Source: Fidelibacterota bacterium (GTDB lineage Bacteria; Fidelibacterota; UBA8477). Taken from it: a stretch of 63,413 bases of DNA. Of the stretch, positions 19,834-28,663 are shown one piece after another. How positions within the stretch are numbered: position 1 is the stretch's first letter; each line of letters begins with the position of its first letter. Both the position numbers and the translations under genes were made by a program. The stretch spans positions 1-63,413 of the forward strand of contig JAIPJR010000002.1 of assembly GCA_021734045.1 (NCBI GenBank), read 5' to 3'. The notes below the pieces were generated by a model. It did no database searches. It was not told the DNA's origin and was given only the letters and a program-made list of their open reading frames with translations.

Positions 19834-20682
19834 TTATTGCAGAAAAATCTCCGAATCCTTCGGAATGTGGAGCGCCGGGTCCGAGAATTGAAGCCAGGTT
19901 AAATGATTCCCCTTCACGGCCATCACCCGGACCCGCCCGACGAGAACACTCTCCCGCCCCAATGGCTCACCCGATTCATCCAGAATGACCGCACCTTCCA
20001 CATATACTGAGAATATTTGATCTTTTACCAATCCCTCTGTTGAACCGGCATTGATGTGGATGTCAGGTCCACGGGAGATTAAAACCCTGTACGGCCCCAA
20101 TCCCTCCTGCTGATGCAGGTCCAATCCGAAATAATCGGCCAGCTTAACCCGCAGTTCCCCGCCCTGTAAAACCAGGGCTCGGTAAACCAGTGATTGCTTA
20201 AATGCAGGTGAGTCAAATTTTAAAGTATCCAGTCCCTGAAAAGTCAGAGCATGCTTAATGCCTTGCGCCAACACCGTAAATCCCAGCTGATGGTCGGATA
20301 ATTCAGTATTTAATTTCCACCGGGCGACCTCCCGGTCGTCCGCCGAACGGATCAGAGCGCAATCGGACTGAATTTTCGCTTTATACCCCTGATAACCACC
20401 CACCAGTGGGTTACCCATGTGGTATTTGGAAATGTCAATGACGCGTATGGTGGTTTCCAGCGTAAATGCTGCCGCTGGCGGGCCGGCAACCAATTGCAAT
20501 CCCGGCAATGTATCCAATATCCCGCTCCACAATCCGGGTAACTGTTGCTCAATCTCCCAAGGATTATCCAGACCGGCATCTTCGATGACCGTACCCATTC
20601 TCAGGGTAATCGCTTCCCGTGGTTGGGCCATGGCGACAGAAATTATCAGTCCCAGCAGTATTGAATAAAAAAAGTGTTTCAT
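19834..20682 (-). CDS. Hypothetical secreted/periplasmic protein
   Basis: 282 aa with signal peptide MKHFFYSILLGLIISVAMAQ. No family recognised. Confidence 0.6.
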   Translation of the reverse strand: MKHFFYSILLGLIISVAMAQPREAITLRMGTVIEDAGLDNPWEIEQQLPGLWSGILDTLPGLQLVAGPPAAAFTLETTIRVIDISKYHMGNPLVGGYQGYKAKIQSDCALIRSADDREVARWKLNTELSDHQLGFTVLAQGIKHALTFQGLDTLKFDSPAFKQSLVYRALVLQGGELRVKLADYFGLDLHQQEGLGPYRVLISRGPDIHINAGSTEGLVKDQIFSVYVEGAVILDESGEPLGRESVLVGRVRVMAVKGNHLTWLQFSDPALHIPKDSEIFLQ

Positions 20683-20721
20683 TTGGATCCAAATCTAAGT
20701 CATGGATTGGGAACGACAGAT

Positions 20722-20752
20722 AAAAAAAGGGCGCCCGAATGGACGCCCTTTT
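20722..20752 (-). terminator. Rho-independent terminator of the giant gene
   Basis: On the minus strand, a GC-rich AAGGGCGTCC-attcg-GGCGCCCTT hairpin is followed by TTTTTTT. It lies about 25 nt after the stop at 20778. Confidence 0.7.
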
Positions 20753-20777
20753 GGATTAACCGTTTTCCAACAAGCGG

Positions 20778-23700
20778 TTATTTGATGATGGTCATCTTCC
20801 GGGTTTGCGTGAAGGCATTCTTATCAGCGGTAATCCGCATGATATAAAGCCCACTCGCCACGTTCTGACCAAAATCATTCCGCCCGTTCCACTGAACTGT
20901 GCGATAACCGGCAGTTTGATGCTCATCTACGAGCGTTGCCACTTTCTGACCCAGCATGTTGTAAAGGACCAACTTGATTTGGGCATCCCGCGGCAGTTCG
21001 TATTTGATTGTCGTGCTGGCATTGAACGGATTCGGATAGTTCTGATGCAGTGCGAATTCCTTCGGTAATCCGAGATTATCATCCACACTCACAACAGCAC
21101 CGTGGAAGTCGTCAATATCGCGCGGCATCAACTGGTACCCACTGAAGTAGGGCGAGGAGCCATCATACTGACCGACCACACCCGTGACCATGAAGTAGTC
21201 ATCAGCTGGCGCGCCGTTACCATCGATATTGGTATCGCGATCAATGCGGACCTCAATGGTATCCACACCATCGGTAACATGTACGGTGGCATGTGAGCCT
21301 GCGGCCGGCCATTCGGACGGATCCACCAGACTCAGGCTGTCGATACTCACCAGAACGCCTTCCAGAGACTCACCAGCATTATCCAACAGGTCAGCAGCGG
21401 TCACCATCAGTGGTGTAACTTCAGGCAGTTCATCAATCAGGATGGACCAACCATCAGCAGCTACATTGGTGATTTCGGTGAGGCCGTTGTAGAAACCGAT
21501 AGAGCCGGTAATTTCTACATACTGACCCCGCGCCAGATCTTCCGCATTATGGAAGTCTGAGTCATACACTGCCATACCGACACTGCCATCCCAGGCCTGG
21601 ATGTAAGCCGGTCCACCAAGTTCATTGGTGGTGGTTACATAACCGCGCACGGTCACGACAGAATCACCATAAGCCGGTTCACCGGCCGCGTCATCAGCGG
21701 CTGCCGTGTACAGCGAGGTGATGAGATTGGCACCAGGCATAGCATAGCGACCGATGGTCACTTCCGCCGTGGCAAAGTCAGCCACATAGAACACACCCAG
21801 ATTGGCATCATACGCCATTCCACGAGGTGAGTTGGTACCCGTAAGTTCGACCACCTCACGTGTGGCGTAATCGGTGTTCGGGTTGTAGATATAAATCCGG
21901 TCGTCACCAACGATGTTGTTGGTTTCACCCATGAGATAGAGGAATCCTTCAGAATCGAACTTCACATGGGAGACCTGCTCACCGGAGATGAACGGACCCG
22001 GCAGGTCATCTACCTGCAGGTAACTGCCGTCGGGCTGGCGTTCCAGGATGTAAGCCTTATTGGATAGCTCACCCACAATGATGCGGGATCCATCGGGCGA
22101 CACGGCAAAGTCGCGCCCAACAGCACCACGAGTCATGGTATCGGAACGGACCAGTTCCAGATTCGTGTCATATTTATAAATGACATTACTGACAACGGCG
22201 CCTACATAGAGGTTACCATCGCCATCGAAACTGAAGACTGCACTACCTTCCTTCGCTACCGCACCGATCTGTTCGCCGGTAACGGCATCAAAGCCGGCCA
22301 CATAGCCACCACCTGAGACCCAGACATTACCATCCGGGTCCAGATTGACATCGCGACCGTGATTATTGAAGTCCAACGTCAGTGTATCAGCACCCACCAC
22401 GGCGGATGAGATATTGTCAATGGTTGCCGGAACACCATCAGCATCCCAGACACGCACATTGGGTGCCCAGCCATAATAAGCGATTGACCAGAGTTTGCTG
22501 TCAGCATCCACGGCCAATCCCTGCCAGCCGGAGCCCTCTTCAATGAACTCATCCACATAAGTGAGTGGTCTCTCAGGTGCCGGAGCAGCCTGATCAACGG
22601 TCACATCAAAGGTGACGGTTTCGGAGCTGTCCACGCCATCAGATACGAACAGGCTAAAGCTGTAAGTACCTGTAGCCGATGGACGGAAACCACCATTGCC
22701 GGAGCTGAAGAGCTGGATATTGATGGAATCCGGACCAGACCAATGGTAGGTCAGGACATCGCCATCATCATCATAACAGCCACTGCCGTCAAAGAGCACA
22801 AAGGCACTCACCTGGTTGCTGGCCGGAATCGTGGGCGCAACCGCCACCGGCGGTGTATTGCGAATCAATTCCAGATCCAGGGTCAGGTTGTCATCAACAG
22901 TGACCAATGTGTCCAGGTTCTTATAGCCATAGAGATGTGCCGTCACCAGATAGGTACCCGGGACTACACCTGAAATGCTGTAAGCACCCGTGTTATCAGC
23001 CACTTCTGTGCTCCAGTATTCTTCGTATGGCTCCACCGCGATAACGGTACCGGTTGGATCACCAGCATCGTTGGTGGTGATAGTACCGGAGATATCGTAT
23101 GTGGTGACCGTTGCCGGATTGGTCCAGGCCAGGCTATCCAGATAGATATGCTGGTAGGTTCCTGGCTGGAATGGTAACACACCGGCAATCGTCAGATTGC
23201 CTGCGTCACCTGTGGCAAAACCATCCAATACGATATGGCCATACTGACCAATGAATTCAGCCTGATTCAGATCCACGACCATTGGTTCTGCCGTCAATCC
23301 GTCCAGGGTCAGGGTCAGTGAGGTGGGATCCAGTCCACCGGGAGAAACGAAATTCACCCAGAGTTCCAGGGAGAAATACTCACCGGGCTGTGCATACAGA
23401 CCACGGGTGAAGCTGGAAACCGCAAAACCCAGGTTTGAAGCCAGATCCAGCGCACCAGACTCATTCAAACCCATCGTATCGTTGATGGAGACAGTCATGT
23501 TGGCATCATTACCAACGGTCCAGTTTGCCACATCAGCATCGGTCTCGAACTCTTCCACAAAGGAGACCGGCATGACAGTGAAGTCAACCACAGCCGGTGC
23601 GGAGGTATTCACACCATCGCTGACCTCCAGCTGGAAGGTATAATCACCAGCATTAAGCGCCTGGAATGCCAGATTCGCTTGCGTGAGATCCAGACCTTCA

Positions 23701-26700
23701 ACCGTAGGACCAGCAATCTGTGTCCATTGATAGGTAATAGGCTCACCATCAATATCACCGGAACGATCGCCGAAGAGATAGACCATATTGCCGAAAATAA
23801 CTTCGTGGCCCGGTTTTAATGCCACACGAGCACCCGGTGCACGGTTACCCGGATCACCGGTGGAATCCAATAGATATCCACGGTATGTGCCCTGCGGATA
23901 TGCCGGTTCTACACCGTTATTACCGGTAGGACCAACGCCCCAGGCAATATTGAATCCATCAACCACATCCATTGAATAGGGGCGTGCCCAGCTATACAGA
24001 TAATTTGTGGTATCATTGAGTTGAATTGAGTAGGCAACCTCACCACTGGCCATATCCAACACACCAATGTGGGTGTCAAAATAGGTCAGTGTATCAACCG
24101 GTCGCGTACTGTACATAACATACAGTTGATTCGGATCCGCGCCGGGACGCACAACCTGCGCCATGTGGACCTCTTCAGAGGTATGGAAGGGCACATTTTC
24201 ATAGCCGCTGCCATTGTCCACCCACTTGGAGATGCTATCGGAGAAACTCACCGTATAGATGTCATTTCCAATGACAGCCATAGAGGCATTGTCACCTGAA
24301 TTGGCGATAATGGTCTCCGCTGTCCAGGTTCCTCCGGAAGGTGTGATCTTAACGATCTCGTTGCCATTACCCATCAGGTAGACTTCGGTATTTTCACCCG
24401 ATCCACGAGCAAATAAGCCACGGGATGAACCACTGTGGGTATAAATAGGCTCCGGATTTGAACCATAGCCATCAAGACGCCACACATGATTCCCGGAACT
24501 ATAGGTGGCCAGATAAAGCATGCCGTCATCGGCCATGTCCATACCATAGGGTCCTAGCCAGCCGTCAATTCCAGCCCAGACCAGGGTGTCATCCGGCGTA
24601 CCGGTTTCATTCCCCGGGGCGAAGTAATGGATCGACCGCGGATTGGTATTGACCATATAAATACCACCGGTATTCTGATCAATGACCGAAGCACGGACGT
24701 CTCCGAAATATTCAGCCGTGTACTGCGGAACGATGAAATCAGCATTAACCGAAATCATCACATCATCGGTATGACCGAATTCCGGACCCGCATCCACGAT
24801 AAGACGGAAGACATATTCGCCTGCCTCGGTAGGTGTGAAGGTAGCGTTCAAAGCGGTGGTATCACTCAATACGACTTCAGGACCGGAAACCTGTACCCAG
24901 TGGGCGGTGTTTCCTTCCTGTGCATATTCAATCATACCATCCAGTGCTACTTCCGTGTCTACCAGGACAAACTGATCCGCACCAGCCTTAGCCAATGGTG
25001 GATACGCACCCTGATCGACCGTAAAGTTATCGAATATGGTCTGCCCGTTGGCTGTGTTGTATACATAAGCACCCGGGTAGCCAGCATCCATAAATGGTGC
25101 TTCGTCCTGGAATGGACATCCAGGTAGCATTTTACCATCCAGGAAGGCGAAGAAGTCGTTTCCAATAACCTTGATCTTCAGGTTATGCCAACCGGTTTCG
25201 ATAGGTTCGAAATCCACGCCAGGATTCCAGGCAGCACTGATGTGCCAGCTACCATTAAAGCCCTGCAATTTCAGTTGACCATTGTCACTGGCCGAGGAAT
25301 TCCGATAGATAAACCGGTAGTATTCCAAATCGGTTGCATCAGTTTTGGCAACAAGACCCTGATACAGCGGAGCGTCCGGGTCTGCCGGTCCTACCAGGAA
25401 GAAGTCACCGGAAACCGACCAGTCGGCGCCCAGGACATTATCCAGGTAGACAATACCGGTATAACCGGCGTCGGTAAATACACCCACATCACTACCCCAA
25501 CCGGAAGCGGTGGAGTCAGCGATTTCAAGTGTTCCATCACCAGACATGCCGTTAAAGGCCCAATTCAGGTCAAAAACGCTGTCGGTAAAGGTCTCAACCA
25601 GTGGCCAGACAAAAGCCTGCTCCACATTCACCGAGTTATCCGCGTCATTAAATGTGAAGGTGTAGTCACCATCCTGAGTCGGTGTGAAGGAATAATTTCC
25701 TCCGGCGTTACCCACACCGCCATCACCATACGCAGCCGTCCAGCTGTGCATGACGGTGAATTTGTAAGTATAAGTGGTGCCACTCGTTAAGGGAAACGTC
25801 CCTGTCCAGGTGTCCCCTACACGGGTGAGGTTATCGGCGGCATTGTCCCAGCTGTTCATATCACCGGCCAGGATGACGATCCAGTTATTATATCCCGAAT
25901 CGCTGGGGTCTACGACCGCGAGGGCACTTTCCACTGGATCTGTGGTACTGACGGTAATGTCTGCGCCGTCCTCCAGCCAGGCATTCCCATCATCCTCCGA
26001 CCCAACCCACCAGCTATAGGTGGTGCCGTCAGCAACCAGTGGAACGGTGCCTTCAAAGATACCGTCAGCGTCCGGATCGGTGAGTTCCACCATGGGACCG
26101 GACCAGTTGCTGTCGTAAACACCGTCATTATCCCAGGAACCATTGGCCCAGAAAGAGCGATACTGGGCATCGCCACCGATTTGGGCTTTCAGGGTGACAC
26201 TAGCGTATGGCAAAATCTGCGTAGCAGGAATTTCTTCGAAAAGATCGAAGTAGAGTGTATCACTCACATCAACCGCACTCTGGAGCTGGATGCTTTCCAG
26301 TGTGACATAATCCGTGGAGTTAATTTCCCCGGTTCCCGTAATCCAACCTGTAACCATATCACGTGCCAAGTCGAGGGTAACAACGCCCCAATCACTTTCA
26401 TTATTACTGAAAGTGTACCAGGGACCAGCTTCGTAACCATCACCACCGGAACCATTATCCCAAATCACCAGCCGAATTTGAGTGGTGGGATCGGCGCCTT
26501 TTACATAAATACTGATCTTGCTATCCGGTGAAAATTGGGTAGTACGATCGCCATCGCGAACAAACCAACCTCCGCTCACGGCAGGATCATCAACCAATGT
26601 CATCATTCCCGAGGCGGAAGCTTCGTAGGCTTCATCCGTGGAGGAAACGAAGGCAGATTCAGCCAGCAAGCCCGAAGTACTACCAGAGAAATTCGGATCC

Positions 26701-28382
26701 GCAAAATTGCCGACTCCCGCTTCAAAATCTTCCAGGACGATTGACCCATTATGCGGAATGGCAATCATGTCATCAATGTAAAGGATGGCATCTTCTTCCA
26801 CTGCCGTGGTGAACTGGAGGCTTTCCAGATGTACCACGTCCGTAGAGTTAATTTCTCCTGTACCGGTAATCCAACCGACCACAGGATCACGAGCCAGATC
26901 CAATTCCACATATTGCCATTCATCACCGGCAGTAATCTGGTGATAAGGACCGGCTTCATAACCGTCGCCACCGGTGCCATTATCATAGATCACCCAGCGC
27001 ACGGAAACGTTGGTATTGGTTCCCTTGATCCAGAATCCAACCCGATCATCCGGATTGAATGCTGTGACGCGATCACTCAGGCGCACGAACCAACCATCAG
27101 CCGGATCAGCATCATTGATGAGGGTCAACTTACCCGAACTCGATCCGGTGTGAGCCGCTTCTGTAGAAATGGCAAAACTGGAACTGGGATCCACGTTTGT
27201 GGAACCACTGTAGTTTGGCTGCTCGAAATTCCCGATGTCCGTCTCAAAGTCATGTACCACGAAATCAGGTGGCGGTAGGGGCGGCGGAGGTGTTACATCC
27301 AGAATATCGTCCGCATCCCGGGGTTCCAATTTGAAGGCACCGTAGGAATAATAGCCAACACCGGCCACATCATAGTGATTATCCAGGGTTGGGACGAAAG
27401 CATAGAGCATGTCATCCACAACCATGGCACCGCTGCCATCATCCACTTCCCATTCACCATTTCCCATATCGGGATTGGTGCAGACCGCGTCGCTCACGGC
27501 AACCAGCATACTTTCGTACTGTTCGTCCAGTTCCGCGGTTGTGATTGCGATTGCTCCTGGCAATGCATTACCACTGGAATTAACGGTATAGTCGGTGACA
27601 TTGCTTAGCTCTGTCATACCGCTGTACTCATCCACTGTAGCGGCGATGGTTACATCATCACCTACGACAGCGGGATGACCATAGCCATATACATAAATAC
27701 CACTATAAGGATCCGTACCATCCTGAATGAAATAACCGGCAGAGGCTGTTGCGGTAACGATACCGCTGGTCTCCACGTATTCATCCACGTAAGGCGAAGC
27801 ATCACTTGTTTCAGGATCGGTGGGGGTTTGAATCTGTGCAATAGTGTACGGTGTTGGCTCCGGTGGAGCTACCCAGGATTCGAAACTCCCGTTAACCACT
27901 AAATTGGAGCCACCATCTTCCACAAACTGTACGTTATCAATAAATAACGCGGCTGAGTCAACGAATGCACCTTCATCGTAAAAGCGTAAACGAACTGAAG
28001 CCGTGGTGGCACCTGTGGGAACAGTCCCTGACGTCGTCAAAGTCTGCCAGGCATCCGTATCAACCGAATAGAAGTTGAAATACTCATTGCCTGTATCCCA
28101 CACCAGGACCATGCGCACTCGCCCTGCCGCGGTACTGTCGTACACATCAAAACTGAATGTGTATGCAGCTTCCGAGGTCACACTAAAGGCATCTGAATCC
28201 ACATCTTGATTACTTGTGGAATAAAATGTCGCCTTGAGTGACGAAGCACCATCCGTGAAAGCACCAGTCTCTTCTGCAACTGTAACAGCAGATGTTTGAA
28301 CAGACCAGTTCTCTGGTATCTGTCCAAACAGGCCGATTGCGAAAAGGAAACTGGTAAGAATTGTAGCAATTCGCTTACCCAT
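20778..28382 (-). CDS. Giant (2534 aa) secreted multidomain surface protein with T9SS type-A C-terminal sorting domain
   Basis: Uninterrupted 7.6-kb ORF with RBS AGGAGG (28387-28392) and signal peptide MGKRIATILTSFLFAIGLFGQ. By eye it contains jelly-roll/CBM-like, PKD-like, LamG-like, CarboxypepD_reg-like and beta-propeller-like segments, and it ends with the CTD NYPNPFN...SGLYIMRI. No catalytic motif recognised. Confidence 0.9.
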   Translation of the reverse strand: MGKRIATILTSFLFAIGLFGQIPENWSVQTSAVTVAEETGAFTDGASSLKATFYSTSNQDVDSDAFSVTSEAAYTFSFDVYDSTAAGRVRMVLVWDTGNEYFNFYSVDTDAWQTLTTSGTVPTGATTASVRLRFYDEGAFVDSAALFIDNVQFVEDGGSNLVVNGSFESWVAPPEPTPYTIAQIQTPTDPETSDASPYVDEYVETSGIVTATASAGYFIQDGTDPYSGIYVYGYGHPAVVGDDVTIAATVDEYSGMTELSNVTDYTVNSSGNALPGAIAITTAELDEQYESMLVAVSDAVCTNPDMGNGEWEVDDGSGAMVVDDMLYAFVPTLDNHYDVAGVGYYSYGAFKLEPRDADDILDVTPPPPLPPPDFVVHDFETDIGNFEQPNYSGSTNVDPSSSFAISTEAAHTGSSSGKLTLINDADPADGWFVRLSDRVTAFNPDDRVGFWIKGTNTNVSVRWVIYDNGTGGDGYEAGPYHQITAGDEWQYVELDLARDPVVGWITGTGEINSTDVVHLESLQFTTAVEEDAILYIDDMIAIPHNGSIVLEDFEAGVGNFADPNFSGSTSGLLAESAFVSSTDEAYEASASGMMTLVDDPAVSGGWFVRDGDRTTQFSPDSKISIYVKGADPTTQIRLVIWDNGSGGDGYEAGPWYTFSNNESDWGVVTLDLARDMVTGWITGTGEINSTDYVTLESIQLQSAVDVSDTLYFDLFEEIPATQILPYASVTLKAQIGGDAQYRSFWANGSWDNDGVYDSNWSGPMVELTDPDADGIFEGTVPLVADGTTYSWWVGSEDDGNAWLEDGADITVSTTDPVESALAVVDPSDSGYNNWIVILAGDMNSWDNAADNLTRVGDTWTGTFPLTSGTTYTYKFTVMHSWTAAYGDGGVGNAGGNYSFTPTQDGDYTFTFNDADNSVNVEQAFVWPLVETFTDSVFDLNWAFNGMSGDGTLEIADSTASGWGSDVGVFTDAGYTGIVYLDNVLGADWSVSGDFFLVGPADPDAPLYQGLVAKTDATDLEYYRFIYRNSSASDNGQLKLQGFNGSWHISAAWNPGVDFEPIETGWHNLKIKVIGNDFFAFLDGKMLPGCPFQDEAPFMDAGYPGAYVYNTANGQTIFDNFTVDQGAYPPLAKAGADQFVLVDTEVALDGMIEYAQEGNTAHWVQVSGPEVVLSDTTALNATFTPTEAGEYVFRLIVDAGPEFGHTDDVMISVNADFIVPQYTAEYFGDVRASVIDQNTGGIYMVNTNPRSIHYFAPGNETGTPDDTLVWAGIDGWLGPYGMDMADDGMLYLATYSSGNHVWRLDGYGSNPEPIYTHSGSSRGLFARGSGENTEVYLMGNGNEIVKITPSGGTWTAETIIANSGDNASMAVIGNDIYTVSFSDSISKWVDNGSGYENVPFHTSEEVHMAQVVRPGADPNQLYVMYSTRPVDTLTYFDTHIGVLDMASGEVAYSIQLNDTTNYLYSWARPYSMDVVDGFNIAWGVGPTGNNGVEPAYPQGTYRGYLLDSTGDPGNRAPGARVALKPGHEVIFGNMVYLFGDRSGDIDGEPITYQWTQIAGPTVEGLDLTQANLAFQALNAGDYTFQLEVSDGVNTSAPAVVDFTVMPVSFVEEFETDADVANWTVGNDANMTVSINDTMGLNESGALDLASNLGFAVSSFTRGLYAQPGEYFSLELWVNFVSPGGLDPTSLTLTLDGLTAEPMVVDLNQAEFIGQYGHIVLDGFATGDAGNLTIAGVLPFQPGTYQHIYLDSLAWTNPATVTTYDISGTITTNDAGDPTGTVIAVEPYEEYWSTEVADNTGAYSISGVVPGTYLVTAHLYGYKNLDTLVTVDDNLTLDLELIRNTPPVAVAPTIPASNQVSAFVLFDGSGCYDDDGDVLTYHWSGPDSINIQLFSSGNGGFRPSATGTYSFSLFVSDGVDSSETVTFDVTVDQAAPAPERPLTYVDEFIEEGSGWQGLAVDADSKLWSIAYYGWAPNVRVWDADGVPATIDNISSAVVGADTLTLDFNNHGRDVNLDPDGNVWVSGGGYVAGFDAVTGEQIGAVAKEGSAVFSFDGDGNLYVGAVVSNVIYKYDTNLELVRSDTMTRGAVGRDFAVSPDGSRIIVGELSNKAYILERQPDGSYLQVDDLPGPFISGEQVSHVKFDSEGFLYLMGETNNIVGDDRIYIYNPNTDYATREVVELTGTNSPRGMAYDANLGVFYVADFATAEVTIGRYAMPGANLITSLYTAAADDAAGEPAYGDSVVTVRGYVTTTNELGGPAYIQAWDGSVGMAVYDSDFHNAEDLARGQYVEITGSIGFYNGLTEITNVAADGWSILIDELPEVTPLMVTAADLLDNAGESLEGVLVSIDSLSLVDPSEWPAAGSHATVHVTDGVDTIEVRIDRDTNIDGNGAPADDYFMVTGVVGQYDGSSPYFSGYQLMPRDIDDFHGAVVSVDDNLGLPKEFALHQNYPNPFNASTTIKYELPRDAQIKLVLYNMLGQKVATLVDEHQTAGYRTVQWNGRNDFGQNVASGLYIMRITADKNAFTQTRKMTIIK
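20781..21056 (-). other. T9SS type-A C-terminal sorting domain (Por_Secre_tail-like) of the giant protein
   Basis: HQNYPNPFNASTTIKYELPRDAQIKLVLYNMLGQKVATL...WNGRNDFGQNVASGLYIMRI matches the canonical CTD pattern. Confidence 0.85.
26232..27263 (-). repeat. Tandem duplication of a ~170-aa jelly-roll-like module inside the giant gene (protein-level repeat)
   Basis: Residues ~374-542 and ~548-717 share collinear blocks: DFE..G.NF..PN.SGST, GWFVR, DNG.GGDGYEAGP and LDLARD.V.GWITGTGEINSTD.V.LES.Q. Confidence 0.85.
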
Positions 28383-28663
28383 AAAACCTCCTAATTGTTT
28401 GTAGGAATTGATTGTTTTGGTTTTGATATCTTGAAACCGTTCGTTGATAGTGAACAGGCATTTCTTGTGTTGCGACTCCCCCGGTCATTTTTCCAAAATT
28501 TTGTCCGTGTGTGATGAAGGTACATCACCCGCAAATAGCTGTCAAGTATTAACCGTTGATCATTGTAGATAGTTCACAAAATTAAATTAACTCACTCCCG
28601 CTTGCGTGTGTCCAACTCAGAAGCTACTTTTCGCCAAATTCAGCTAAGCGGGGAGCATCCATT

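Noticed and set aside
24627-27278. Long plus-strand ORFs (166, 201, 116 and 175 aa) antisense to the giant gene
   Set aside because: They lie entirely inside the 2534-codon ORF. Their composition is Arg/Gly/Ile-rich and shadow-like. They have no RBS and no recognisable motifs. Such ORFs are expected by chance in a long, stop-poor antisense frame.
28511-28528. Inverted repeat GTGATG-N6-CATCAC in the divergent promoter region between the giant gene and the amidase gene; considered as a Crp site
   Set aside because: The half-site spacing (GTGA-N10-TCAC) does not fit the CRP/FNR consensus (GTGA-N6-TCAC). A single 6-bp inverted repeat is weak evidence. It may still be an operator for an unknown regulator.
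28597-28655. Possible 7-bp long-range pairing (CCCGCTT / AAGCGGG) that would occlude the amidase Shine-Dalgarno sequence
   Set aside because: The stem is short, the loop is ~42 nt, and I have no covariation evidence. That is not enough to call a riboregulator.
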